From contig CACEKG010000001.1 in the NCBI GenBank assembly GCA_902560065.1, positions 70,308 to 134,307 of the forward strand: 64,000 nucleotides of DNA, written 5' to 3'. Shown here piece after piece: positions 49,229 to 58,650 of this stretch. The notes beneath the pieces were generated by a model that had not been told where the DNA came from, ran no database searches, and worked only from the letters and a program-made list of their open reading frames with translations. The translations under genes and the position numbers were made by a program. The DNA comes from an uncultured Bacteroidota bacterium (GTDB lineage Bacteria; Bacteroidota; Bacteroidia; Flavobacteriales; Flavobacteriaceae). How positions within the stretch are numbered: position 1 is the first letter of the stretch; each line of letters begins with the position of its first letter.

Positions 49229-49343
49229 ATTCTTTTTTTTAAATAAAGTTACAACATAATTTTAAGTAAAAAACTTTTAAAATTTTAGTTTAGAACTAAT
49301 TTATAAAACAAAAAATTCTTTATGACTTTAACTATATTTATAT

Positions 49344-49562
49344 ATGAAAAAAATTTTTCTTATACTCTTTCTTTTATTTTCTTGTTATAAAGACAAAGCC
49401 ATTGACCAGCCATGCAAAAAAGATACTCCTATTAACTCGGATATCTTGTGTATTGAAGTTTATGAACCTGTTTGTGGCTGTGATAATGTCACATATAGTA
49501 ATAGTTGTTATGCCACAAATTATGGAAACATAAACTCTTTTGAAATGGGAGCTTGTAAATAA
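49344..49562 (+). CDS. Small lipoprotein with a Kazal-type protease-inhibitor-like domain
   Basis: Lipobox LFSCYKD. YEPVCGCDNVTYSNSC matches the Kazal core P-V-C-G-x-D-x-x-T-Y-x-N-x-C. There are six Cys after the lipobox. Confidence 0.65.
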   Translation: MKKIFLILFLLFSCYKDKAIDQPCKKDTPINSDILCIEVYEPVCGCDNVTYSNSCYATNYGNINSFEMGACK

Positions 49563-49578
49563 TAAAATAAATTATTTA

Positions 49579-49610
49579 AAAAGGAGATGAAATTTTATTC
49601 ATCTCCTTTT
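49579..49610. terminator. Bidirectional intrinsic terminator (13-bp stem)
   Basis: AAAAGGAGATGAA / TTCATCTCCTTTT with a 6-nt loop. Lies downstream of both the Kazal-like gene (+) and the 47-aa ORF (-). Confidence 0.6.
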
Positions 49611-49641
49611 AACAAAACTCAATCATCACCAAAATATCTTA

Positions 49642-49785
49642 TTATTGAACTAAAACAGATCGTCTAATTTTTTTTGTCTTTATATGAGTCTTTTTTTCAA
49701 AAAATAAACTTTTATTTTTTTCTTTAAGCATGGCCATTGCATGACTTTGGTTTTGCTCAAGTGCTACCATAAAATTATCGCTCAT
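49642..49785 (-). CDS. Possible 47-aa basic protein of unknown function
   Basis: My own translation is MSDNFMVALEQNQSHAMAMLKEKNKSLFFEKKTHIKTKKIRRSVLVQ*. It is preceded by a structured GC-rich leader and followed by a terminator. No family recognised. Confidence 0.25.
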   Translation of the reverse strand: MSDNFMVALEQNQSHAMAMLKEKNKSLFFEKKTHIKTKKIRRSVLVQ

Positions 49786-49944
49786 GATTTCTAATCTTTA
49801 TTGCTTTAAACTTATTGTAACGATTGATCCGGATGCGTTCTCTCCACCCGCGACTATATTATAAAACCCAGTCCACACGGGTCATATATTATTGTGAAAT
49901 AAGAACTTTCACAACATAAAGTTATAAATTTTTTTTAAATAAAA

Positions 49945-49974
49945 AAAGGAGATGATCTGTCGAACATCTCCTTT
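49945..49974 (-). terminator. Intrinsic terminator of the tRNA-Gly/tRNA-Leu transcription unit
   Basis: 10-bp stem AAAGGAGATG / CATCTCCTTT immediately after the tRNA-Leu 3' end, followed by a T-run on the minus strand. Confidence 0.6.
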
Positions 49975-49975
49975 G

Positions 49976-50060
49976 TACTCGGAGCGGGACTTGAACCCGC
50001 ACGACCGCAATGGTCATTGGATTTTAAGTCCAACGTGTCTACCAATTCCACCATCCGAGC
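49976..50060 (-). tRNA. tRNA-Leu (anticodon TAA)
   Basis: Hand-folded: acceptor GCTCGGA/TCCGAGT, anticodon stem TTGGA/TCCAA with loop CTTAAAA, long variable arm, T-arm GCGGGTTCAAGTCCCGC. Confidence 0.9.
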
Positions 50061-50072
50061 AAAAAATCAATG

Positions 50073-50144
50073 AGCGAAAGACGGGATTTGAACCCGCGAC
50101 CCTCACCTTGGCAAGGTGATGCTCTACCCCTGAGCTACTTTCGC
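50073..50144 (-). tRNA. tRNA-Gly (anticodon GCC)
   Basis: Hand-folded: acceptor GCGAAAG/CTTTCGC, D-arm GCTC/GAGC, anticodon stem TCACC/GGTGA with loop TTGCCAA, T-arm GCGGGTTCAAATCCCGT. Confidence 0.9.
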
Positions 50145-50203
50145 TTAGGCGATTGCAAATGTAAAAATAAATTTAATAACTAAGTTGAATTTTATCTTAG
50201 GTT

Positions 50204-52801
50204 TTAATTCCGTTTTTTCAATTTTCTCTTTATTTCATTTAATTGAAGTAATGCTTCAACCGGTGTTAATGTATCAATATCAAGAGAATTAATCTCATCT
50301 CTTAATTCCTCTAACACTGGATCATCCAACTTAAAAAAACTTAATTGTAATTTTTCATCTTTTTTTGAGGTATCAATCTTCTCATTCGATGAACCATGAA
50401 TATTTTCTAGATTTTTTAATTTATTATTTGCTGATTGAATTACATGCCTGGGAATACCAGCCATTTTAGCAACTTGAATTCCAAAACTATGAGCACTTCC
50501 TCCAGGTATTAATTTTCTTAAAAAAAGAATTTTATTTTTTAACTCCTTTACTGAAACATTATAATTTTTTACTCTTTCAAAAAACTCCTTCATTTCATTT
50601 AATTCATGATAATGAGTAGCAAAAAGAACTTTTGGTCGATATGGGTGTTCATGTAAATATTCAGTTATTGCCCATGCTATTGATATTCCATCATAAGTAC
50701 TTGTTCCTCTTCCTATTTCATCCAATAAGACTAAACTTTTTTCACTAATATTATTTAAAATACTTGCTGTTTCATTCATCTCAACCATAAAAGTAGAAGC
50801 TCCCATAGAAATATTATCTGAAGCTCCTACTCTAGTAAAAATTTTATCAAAAACTCCAAGAGATGCAGTCGTTGCCGGCACAAAAGATCCTATCTGGTTT
50901 AATAGACAAATAAGCGCTGTTTGTCTCAAAATTGCAGACTTTCCTGACATATTTGGACCTGTAATCATTATAATTTGATTATTTTCTCTATCTAATGATA
51001 AATCATTTGATATGTATGGGTTTCCAGGGTCTAGCTGCATTTCGATGACAGGATGTCTTCCTCCCTTTATTTCAATTGAGCTTTTATCAATAATTTTTGG
51101 ACAACAATAATTATTTTTCTTTGCAATTAAAGCAAAGCAAGCTAAACAATCTAATGATGCTAAAATTTTTGCATTAATTTTTAATATATTAAGTTCATTC
51201 TGTAATTTTTTAATTAAATCAATAAAAATCTCTGATTCAAGTTGTTGAATTTGTTCTTCAGAGTTTAAAATTTTTACTTCGAACTCTTTTAATTCATCAT
51301 TTATATACCTTTCAGCACTAACTAGAGTCTGTTTTCTTATCCAATCTTCAGGAACTTTATCTTTATGAGTGTTTCTAACTTCAAAATAATATCCAAAAAC
51401 ATTATTAAACGCAATTTTTAATGAAGGTATTTTTGTTTTTTGAGTTTCTCTTAACAACATTTTATCTAAATAATCTTTAGATGATTTTTTTAATTCTCTA
51501 AGGCTATCTAATTCTGAAGAAAAACCATCAGCAATAACGTTTCCTTTATTCAAAAGAACTGGTGCTTCTGGATTTAAGGTTTTAGTTAAAATATTTACAA
51601 TTTTATCAGCATTTATAAATTTTTCGCTTAATAATTGTAGTGGTTTTAATTTAGTTGATTTTAATTCATTTTTTAAAGGTTTTATTAAATTCAAGGACTT
51701 ATTTAATTGGACTAATGACCTTGGATTAATTTTTTCTGTTGCTATTTTTGCCATTATTCTTTCCAAGTCAACAATCTGAGTTAGAATATTATTTACTTTT
51801 TCCAAACAGTTTTCATCTTTAATGAATGCTTTTACAGAATTATGACGATTTTGAATTTCAGATTTTTTATTTAACGGAAAAGCGATCCACCTTTTTAATA
51901 ATCTACCACCCATAGCTGTTTTCGTTCTATCAATCACATCAATTAAAGAAACCCCTTCAAAATGAGTTGGCCTAAAAAGTTCTAGATTTCTTATTGTAAA
52001 TTTATCTAGCCAAACATATGATTCATTAATTATTGGATTAATAGTTGTTATATGTCCAAGTTTATTATGATGAGTATCAGACAGATAATTAAGAATTGCA
52101 CCCGAACATTTAATAGCTTCATCCATTTTTTCAATTCCAAATCCCTGCAAACTATTTGTTTGGAAGTGTTTAGTTAATTTTTCATATGCTGTACTATGCT
52201 CAAAAGCCCAATCCTCTAAATAAAAAGAATTATAATTAGTTCCTAATAATTCGTTAAAGAGTTTTTTCTGAGGCTTAGATACCAATATTTCACTTGGAGA
52301 AAAACTTTGAATCAATTGCAGAATTTCTTCATTATCTCCTTGAGCACATAAAAATTGACCTGTAGAAATATCTAAAAATGAAACCCCATTTATTTTTCCT
52401 AAGATTAATCCACAAAGAAAATTATTCTTTTTTGTTTCAAGAACATTATCGTTTAAAGATACTCCTGGAGTTATTAACTCTGTTACTCCTCTTTTGACTA
52501 ATTTTTTAGTCATTTTCGGATCTTCTAATTGATCACAAATAGCAACTCTACATCCTGCTTTAACTAGTTTAGGTAAATAATTATTTAATGAATGATGAGG
52601 AAATCCAGCTAATTCAATTTCACTTGAACTCCCAGCACCTCTTTTTGTAAGAATTATATCTAGAATTGATGCGGCTTTTACTGCATCTGAACCAAAAGTT
52701 TCATAAAAATCTCCAACGCGAAACAATAACAATGCATCAGGGTACTTTGCCTTGATTTGATTGTATTGTTTCATTAATGGGGTCTCAACTTTTTTTGCCA
52801 A
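50204..52801 (-). CDS. mutS: DNA mismatch repair protein MutS
   Basis: 865 aa. N-terminus TPLMKQYNQIKAKYPDALLLFRVGDFYE, Walker A GPNMSGKS and DEIGRGTSTYDG. Confidence 0.95.
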   Translation of the reverse strand: MAKKVETPLMKQYNQIKAKYPDALLLFRVGDFYETFGSDAVKAASILDIILTKRGAGSSSEIELAGFPHHSLNNYLPKLVKAGCRVAICDQLEDPKMTKKLVKRGVTELITPGVSLNDNVLETKKNNFLCGLILGKINGVSFLDISTGQFLCAQGDNEEILQLIQSFSPSEILVSKPQKKLFNELLGTNYNSFYLEDWAFEHSTAYEKLTKHFQTNSLQGFGIEKMDEAIKCSGAILNYLSDTHHNKLGHITTINPIINESYVWLDKFTIRNLELFRPTHFEGVSLIDVIDRTKTAMGGRLLKRWIAFPLNKKSEIQNRHNSVKAFIKDENCLEKVNNILTQIVDLERIMAKIATEKINPRSLVQLNKSLNLIKPLKNELKSTKLKPLQLLSEKFINADKIVNILTKTLNPEAPVLLNKGNVIADGFSSELDSLRELKKSSKDYLDKMLLRETQKTKIPSLKIAFNNVFGYYFEVRNTHKDKVPEDWIRKQTLVSAERYINDELKEFEVKILNSEEQIQQLESEIFIDLIKKLQNELNILKINAKILASLDCLACFALIAKKNNYCCPKIIDKSSIEIKGGRHPVIEMQLDPGNPYISNDLSLDRENNQIIMITGPNMSGKSAILRQTALICLLNQIGSFVPATTASLGVFDKIFTRVGASDNISMGASTFMVEMNETASILNNISEKSLVLLDEIGRGTSTYDGISIAWAITEYLHEHPYRPKVLFATHYHELNEMKEFFERVKNYNVSVKELKNKILFLRKLIPGGSAHSFGIQVAKMAGIPRHVIQSANNKLKNLENIHGSSNEKIDTSKKDEKLQLSFFKLDDPVLEELRDEINSLDIDTLTPVEALLQLNEIKRKLKKRN

Positions 52802-52923
52802 AATATTGTCGATTTGTACTAATGTAATTAATATTTAAGATTTATATGATTTAAAAGAAAAAAAGAAAAAAAATCCCTCATATGGTACCAATTGATTGTA
52901 AATTAGCTTAGATTTTATTGGTA

Positions 52924-53457
52924 ATGCGCAAATTAAAAAACAGTGAATTAATAAGAAAGTCAAATATAGAGTTTAAATTATCAAAAAAAACTCCACTAAT
53001 AATAATACTTGATAATATAAGGAGTTTAAATAATATTGGATCTGTTTTTCGTGCGGCCGATGCTTTTTTAATTGAAAAAATATTTCTATGCGGAATTACT
53101 GCTAAACCACCTAATAAAGATATTCACAAGACAGCCCTTGGTTCAACTGAAAGTGTAGAATGGGAATATCAAAAAAATTGTTCAGATGTAATTAAAAAAC
53201 TAAAAAAAAATAATGTTCAAATATATGCAATAGAACAAACTACAAATTCAACATTTTTAGAAGATTTTTATCCAAATCCAAACTTGAAATATGCTTTTGT
53301 TTTAGGGAATGAAATTAATGGTGTATCTCAAGAATTAATTTCTCTGATAAATAAATCAATTGAAATTCCACAATTTGGAACAAAACATTCATTAAATATA
53401 AGTGTAGCTTCTGGAATCGTAATGTGGGATTTTGTAAGTAAAGTTCAAAGGTTATAA
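52924..53457 (+). CDS. TrmH/SpoU-family RNA 2'-O-methyltransferase
   Basis: SpoU motifs NIGSVFRAADAF, LGNEINGVS and IPQFGTKHSLNISVASGI. I prefer the ATG at 52924 over the TTG at 52918. Confidence 0.85.
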   Translation: MRKLKNSELIRKSNIEFKLSKKTPLIIILDNIRSLNNIGSVFRAADAFLIEKIFLCGITAKPPNKDIHKTALGSTESVEWEYQKNCSDVIKKLKKNNVQIYAIEQTTNSTFLEDFYPNPNLKYAFVLGNEINGVSQELISLINKSIEIPQFGTKHSLNISVASGIVMWDFVSKVQRL

Positions 53458-54080
53458 ACTTTTTTTAATAAATGATTCAAATCAAAATCATTTTTGATAA
53501 AATCTTTATCTATAATGTCATAAAAAAGAACTTTGAAAGAATTTTTTTTATTAAAAAACCCTTTATATCCTTTTTCTATAGTTTTTAAATACCCTTCTGA
53601 AATATTCCTTTCAAATACTCTTCCTCTTTTTTTAATTCTATCTAATAAAAACCATGTTGGGGCATTAAGGTAAATTATCAAATTTGGTTGTTTTATTAAT
53701 GATAGTCCTTTTTCATATTCTAAATTATATTTTTTAAAGTCTGAAGAATTCAAATTTTGTTTAGAAAAAATTAAAGATTTATATAATGAATAATCTGCAA
53801 CTATAGCTTGATTTTTATCTAACATGGAATCTTGCAATGATTTTATTCTTTCATTTAAAAAATATGTTTCAACATCATAAGAATACTTTTTTGGATTTTT
53901 ATAAAAACTTTTTAAATATGGATTGTCAATATAATTTTCAAAAAGACCTTTGATATTATATTTCTTTGAAATTATTTTAGTAAGAGATGTTTTTCCTGCT
54001 CCTATATTGCCCTCAACAGAAACATACTTAAACTTGTCAAAAATATTATACCTCATAAACGCAAAGTTCAGTTTTTTCAA
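53445..54080 (-). CDS. Deoxynucleoside kinase
   Basis: P-loop EGNIGAGKTS and RIKKRGRVFE, typical of the dNK family. The start may be the internal Met (MRYNIF...). Confidence 0.85.
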   Translation of the reverse strand: MKKLNFAFMRYNIFDKFKYVSVEGNIGAGKTSLTKIISKKYNIKGLFENYIDNPYLKSFYKNPKKYSYDVETYFLNERIKSLQDSMLDKNQAIVADYSLYKSLIFSKQNLNSSDFKKYNLEYEKGLSLIKQPNLIIYLNAPTWFLLDRIKKRGRVFERNISEGYLKTIEKGYKGFFNKKNSFKVLFYDIIDKDFIKNDFDLNHLLKKVYNL

Positions 54081-54555
54081 CCAATAGTTTATCTTTTTTT
54101 AAATCAATAATTTCCTCTATAGTTCTTCCTGAGATTGGATGAACTAAATTTTTTGAAATTTCTCTTAATGGAAATAATACAAAGTTTCTTAATTCAACTC
54201 TTGGATGGGGAATGGTTATTTTTTTTTTATCAACTACTAAATTATCATAAAATAATATATCTAAATCAATAGTTCTAGAATTATAACTATTTTGATTTTT
54301 GACATCTTTTCTTCCAAGTTTAATTTCAATTTTTTTTATTTTTTTTAATAATTGATCAGGATCATAATCAGTTTTAATTTTGATGCAAATATTAAAAAAA
54401 TTATCTCCAACAAATCCCCAAGATTGGCATTCATATACTGATGAAACTTTATCAATTTTTAATTTTTCGTCTTTTAAAAATTCTAGTGATTTTTTGATAA
54501 AATTCAATCTATCTCCAATATTACTTCCTATTGATATATAACAAAAGTGTTTCAT
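54046..54555 (-). CDS. folK: 2-amino-4-hydroxy-6-hydroxymethyldihydropteridine diphosphokinase
   Basis: IGSNIGDR and RTIDLDILFY motifs. The size fits (169 aa). Confidence 0.85.
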   Translation of the reverse strand: MKHFCYISIGSNIGDRLNFIKKSLEFLKDEKLKIDKVSSVYECQSWGFVGDNFFNICIKIKTDYDPDQLLKKIKKIEIKLGRKDVKNQNSYNSRTIDLDILFYDNLVVDKKKITIPHPRVELRNFVLFPLREISKNLVHPISGRTIEEIIDLKKDKLLVEKTELCVYEV

Positions 54556-54618
54556 TAAACTTTATATTCATAATTGACAAATCTACAAAACCCTATATTT
54601 GCATAAAATTTTTAAAGC

Positions 54619-56379
54619 ATGAACTTTGGTCGATCATTTTTAGCTGCTTTACTTGGTAGTTTAACATCTTTTCTAATATTTTTTATTTTTCTTATGATAA
54701 TTATTTCTGGAGTAGCTTCAATTGCTAGTCTTGAAAATCAAATTAGTTTCATAAAAGATGATAGTATCCTCAAACTTGATTTAAACAAGCCTGTAAATGA
54801 AAGAAACTCTATGTATCAAGAATTTGAATCTGTTTTGGGTTTAGATGAAGAAATTCTTGGATTAAACAACATTATAAAATCTATTAAAATTGCTAAAGAA
54901 AATGAAAAAATAAAAGGAATTGAATTAAAATGTGATTTTCCTCTTACTGGATGGGCGCAAACAAGAACAATCAGAGAAGCTCTTAAAGATTTTAAAAATA
55001 GTGGGAAATTTATATATGCCTACTCAGATGTTTATACTCAAAAAGGATATTATTTAGCATCTATTGCTGATACAATTGGTATTAATCCTGAGGGAACAAT
55101 AGAATTTAAAGGACTCTACTCAGAGGTTTTATATTATAAAGATTTCCAGGATGAATATGGAATTAAAATGGAAGTAATTAGGCATGGTAAATATAAAAGT
55201 GCAGTCGAACCATATCTTCAAAATAAAATGAGTTCAGAAAATCGAGAACAAATAAAAGAACTTTTAGGATCAATCTGGGAAACAATAAGTAATGAAATAA
55301 GTGAATCAAGAGGAATAAATGACCTAAAAATTAATCAGATTGCAGAAAATCTTGAAGCCAATACCCCTAATAAAGCTCTTAGTTCAAATTTAATTGATTT
55401 AATAATTTATGAAGATCAAATGGATTCAATTATTAAAAAATCTATTAATCTTGAATATGAAAAAGACTTAAATAAAGTAAGTATTAAAAAATTAATTGCA
55501 TCACAAAATAACTATAACAATCAAATAAAAGATAGGATAGCTGTTGTCTATGCAACTGGAACAATTTTATATGGAGAAGGAAGTGAAAATATAATCGGGC
55601 AGAACGTATTTGTCAATACTTTTAAAAAGATCTCTAACGACGACTGGATAAAGGCTATTGTTTTAAGAATTGACTCTCCAGGAGGTGTTGCTTTAACTTC
55701 TGATATTATTCTTAGATCATTACAATTAGCAAAATCAAAAAAACCAGTTATTGTATCAATGGGAAATATTGCTGCTTCGGGAGGATATTATATTGCTAGT
55801 GGAGCAGATAAAATTTATGCAGACCCTCTTTCAATAACAGGATCTATTGGGGTCTTTGCAAGCCTTCCAAATATAAGCGGTTTTGCTAAAAATATTGGAT
55901 TAAACTCAGAGCAAGTTTCTACTCATAAAAATTCAATAGGTTATAGTATATATGAACCTCTTCAGCCTGGATTTATAAAATCTACTAGAGAAAATATTGA
56001 AAAAGTTTATGAATCATTCAAATCAAAAGTATCAGAGGGAAGAAATTTAAGTTTAGATGAAGTTGAATCAATTGCTCAAGGCAGAGTTTGGTCTGGAAAA
56101 CAAGCATTAAAAATTGGATTAATTGATAGCTTAGGAGATTTAAATACTGCTATAAAGGGTGCAGCAAAAATTGTCGAAATTGAAGAATTTAATATAGTAG
56201 AGTATCCTAAAAGAAAAGCCTCTTTTGAAAGTTTCATACAAGATTTTTCTATTTTATTAAGAGAAAATCAAATAGAAAGTCAAGTTCCTGAATTCATCAA
56301 GATATTAACTAATAAAAGAAAAAATATATCAAATCAAAATATTCAGGCTTTACTTCCCTTTGAAATAAAAATTTATTAA
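54619..56379 (+). CDS. sppA: Signal peptide peptidase SppA (67K type, duplicated S49 domain)
   Basis: 586 aa with an N-terminal TM segment, two S49-like halves and SMGNIAASGGYYIA around the catalytic Ser. Confidence 0.85.
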   Translation: MNFGRSFLAALLGSLTSFLIFFIFLMIIISGVASIASLENQISFIKDDSILKLDLNKPVNERNSMYQEFESVLGLDEEILGLNNIIKSIKIAKENEKIKGIELKCDFPLTGWAQTRTIREALKDFKNSGKFIYAYSDVYTQKGYYLASIADTIGINPEGTIEFKGLYSEVLYYKDFQDEYGIKMEVIRHGKYKSAVEPYLQNKMSSENREQIKELLGSIWETISNEISESRGINDLKINQIAENLEANTPNKALSSNLIDLIIYEDQMDSIIKKSINLEYEKDLNKVSIKKLIASQNNYNNQIKDRIAVVYATGTILYGEGSENIIGQNVFVNTFKKISNDDWIKAIVLRIDSPGGVALTSDIILRSLQLAKSKKPVIVSMGNIAASGGYYIASGADKIYADPLSITGSIGVFASLPNISGFAKNIGLNSEQVSTHKNSIGYSIYEPLQPGFIKSTRENIEKVYESFKSKVSEGRNLSLDEVESIAQGRVWSGKQALKIGLIDSLGDLNTAIKGAAKIVEIEEFNIVEYPKRKASFESFIQDFSILLRENQIESQVPEFIKILTNKRKNISNQNIQALLPFEIKIY

Positions 56380-57081
56380 ATGGATAATAAGAAAAAGAAA
56401 CTTGCTAGAAAAATTTATTTATACTTGGCAGGTCTTTTTATTACATCACTTGTTGTGTCAAATTTAATTTTCCAAAAATTTTTTTATTGGTATCCTGTAG
56501 ATATTGAGATTTTTGATAATAAACTATTTGAATTGTCTGTTGGAATACTTCCTTATCCTATAACATTTTTAATAACTGATTTAATTTCTGAAATTTATGG
56601 AAAGAAAAAAGCTAATGATGTAGTAATTACTGGAATCTTTGCTTCATTTTTTTCAATTACAATTCTTTTAATTTCAGAAGCTGTTCCTGCAATAGAAAAT
56701 TCTCCTATTAATGATGAAGAGTTTAAAAAAGTATTTTCTGTATCTTCAATTGCTGTGTTTGCATCTATGTTAGCTTATTTAATTGCTCAACTGGTTGATA
56801 TTAGAATTTATCACTTTTGGAAAAAATTAACCAAAGGCAAATTACTTTGGCTAAGAAACAATTTTTCAACTTTTTCATCTCAATTTATAGATAGTAGCTT
56901 GGTTATTGGTTTACTTTGTTTTTTCGATATACTTTCATGGGATTTATTCTGGGGACTGGTTCTTTCAGCTTTTATTTTTAAAGTTTTAGTTGCATTATTT
57001 GACACTCCTTTTCTTTATTTTTTTGTTTGGTTATTTAGAAAAAAATTTAATCTTAAAATAAATGAAGAAATTAAATATTGA
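56380..57081 (+). CDS. YhhQ/DUF165-family queuosine-precursor transporter
   Basis: Multi-pass membrane protein. YPITFLITDLISEIYGKKKANDVV is typical of the family. Confidence 0.8.
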   Translation: MDNKKKKLARKIYLYLAGLFITSLVVSNLIFQKFFYWYPVDIEIFDNKLFELSVGILPYPITFLITDLISEIYGKKKANDVVITGIFASFFSITILLISEAVPAIENSPINDEEFKKVFSVSSIAVFASMLAYLIAQLVDIRIYHFWKKLTKGKLLWLRNNFSTFSSQFIDSSLVIGLLCFFDILSWDLFWGLVLSAFIFKVLVALFDTPFLYFFVWLFRKKFNLKINEEIKY

Positions 57082-57811
57082 TGATTCTGAAAAAAAAGTA
57101 AGAATTAATAAATTTTTAAGTGAAATTGGATATTGCTCTAGAAGAGAAGCCGATAAATTAATTGATGAAAAGAAAATTTCTGTTAATGGTAAAATTATTT
57201 CTATGGGAACTAAAGTAATTCCTAGTGACAAAATTGAAATAAATGGAATTGAAATAGAAAAAAAAAATGAAGAAAAAATTTATATAGCATTTAACAAACC
57301 TAAAGGGATAGTATGTACAACTAATACAAAAGTTGAAAAAAATAATATTATTGATTATATAAATTATCCAAAAAGAATATTTCCAATTGGAAGGCTTGAT
57401 AAATTAAGTGAAGGATTAATTCTGCTAACTAATGATGGTGACATAATAAATAAAATTTTAAGATCAAGAAATAATCATGATAAGGAATATATCGTTACTT
57501 TAAATAAACCCATAAAAGAGGAATTCATTAAAAAGATGTCAAATGGTATACCAATTTTAGGAAGAACAACAAAAAAATGTTTCGTCAAAAAAATTGATAA
57601 TAAAAAGTTTAAAATAATCCTAACAGAAGGTTTGAATAGGCAAATCAGAAGGATGTGTGAATATTTAAATTATAAAGTAATCAAACTTAAGAGAATTAGA
57701 ATAATGAATATTAATTTAGATCTAGATGTTGGAAAATATCGATTTCTTTCAAATAATGAGTTAAAAAAACTCAATGAGCTAACTAAAAACTCTTCTAAGG
57801 AATTTAATTAA
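57062..57811 (+). CDS. rRNA pseudouridine synthase (RsuA/RluB/RluF family) with S4 domain
   Basis: S4 region RINKFLSEIGYCSRREADKLI. Catalytic GRLDKLSEGLILLTNDG. Confidence 0.85.
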   Translation: MKKLNIDDSEKKVRINKFLSEIGYCSRREADKLIDEKKISVNGKIISMGTKVIPSDKIEINGIEIEKKNEEKIYIAFNKPKGIVCTTNTKVEKNNIIDYINYPKRIFPIGRLDKLSEGLILLTNDGDIINKILRSRNNHDKEYIVTLNKPIKEEFIKKMSNGIPILGRTTKKCFVKKIDNKKFKIILTEGLNRQIRRMCEYLNYKVIKLKRIRIMNINLDLDVGKYRFLSNNELKKLNELTKNSSKEFN

Positions 57812-58598
57812 TTTCTATTTCAACTACTTTACCCTCATTAGACCTAACATTAAAAACGGATTGGTCCTCAAAAATTAAATATTGACCTTTTATACCAGTC
57901 AATTTTCCTTTATATCTTACTTCTTTTTCCAATTTTAAAGAATTTACTTTTTCAGGATATTTATTTACTGGATATTTCAAATTTATAATTTCTGGTTTTT
58001 CTAATCTTACATAGTCTTTTAAATCTGAGGGTAGATTTTCAATCCCTATTTTATAAGCTTCTTTCAAGTCAACCGGGTCATTTTCATTAGTTAACATCTT
58101 TCTCCAATTTGTTTTATCAGAAAAAATTTTTTTTAATTTAAGCTCACCAATACCTGCTAAGTATCTATTAGAAACCTCCAATAAAATTATTATTTGATTA
58201 GCCCCTTGATCAATCCATCTATATGGAACTTGTGTTTTTCTAGTCACTCCTACTTTTAAATGGCTTGTGTCTGCAAGATATATATAATGAGGTTGTAACT
58301 GTATTTTTTTTTCATATTCTAGATCTCTGTATTCTATATTGAGATGTGCTTGACTTAATTCGGGTTTCATTACCCAATCTGCAGTTTGAGGAAGTTCAAA
58401 AAAACATGATTTACAGTATCCTTGACGAAAGAGTTCTTTTTCATATTTACAATTTAAACAGATTGAACTAGTCCATTTGATTGATACATTTTTTTCTAGA
58501 CATTGATTTAAATTTATAAAACCATTTTCTAATTGAATATAATATCCTATTGGGTTTAAATTTTCAGTTAACATTTTTTTTAAAACTCCAGAATACAT
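57804..58598 (-). CDS. DUF2797-family protein with a Cys4 cluster
   Basis: CLNC...CKSCF zinc-ribbon-like cluster. Overall pattern as I recall for DUF2797. No known function. Confidence 0.7.
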   Translation of the reverse strand: MYSGVLKKMLTENLNPIGYYIQLENGFINLNQCLEKNVSIKWTSSICLNCKYEKELFRQGYCKSCFFELPQTADWVMKPELSQAHLNIEYRDLEYEKKIQLQPHYIYLADTSHLKVGVTRKTQVPYRWIDQGANQIIILLEVSNRYLAGIGELKLKKIFSDKTNWRKMLTNENDPVDLKEAYKIGIENLPSDLKDYVRLEKPEIINLKYPVNKYPEKVNSLKLEKEVRYKGKLTGIKGQYLIFEDQSVFNVRSNEGKVVEIEIN

Positions 58599-58650
58599 AT
58601 AATTTCAATTTATAATTTACTTATTTTTGATTTCCAAATATAAAAAACTA

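Noticed and set aside
49800-49890. The GC-rich segment considered as an SRP (4.5S) RNA, 6S RNA, or a known riboswitch (glycine, purine, cobalamin, fluoride).
   Set aside because: I could not find the SRP domain-IV consensus (GGAAGCAG-type), the B12 box, the glycine-riboswitch core or the purine junction on either strand. I kept it only as an unassigned structured element.
18510-50144. The tRNA-Ser and tRNA-Gly/Leu loci considered as integration sites for genomic islands.
   Set aside because: There is no integrase, transposase or phage gene anywhere in the window, and I noticed no direct repeat of a tRNA 3' end nearby.
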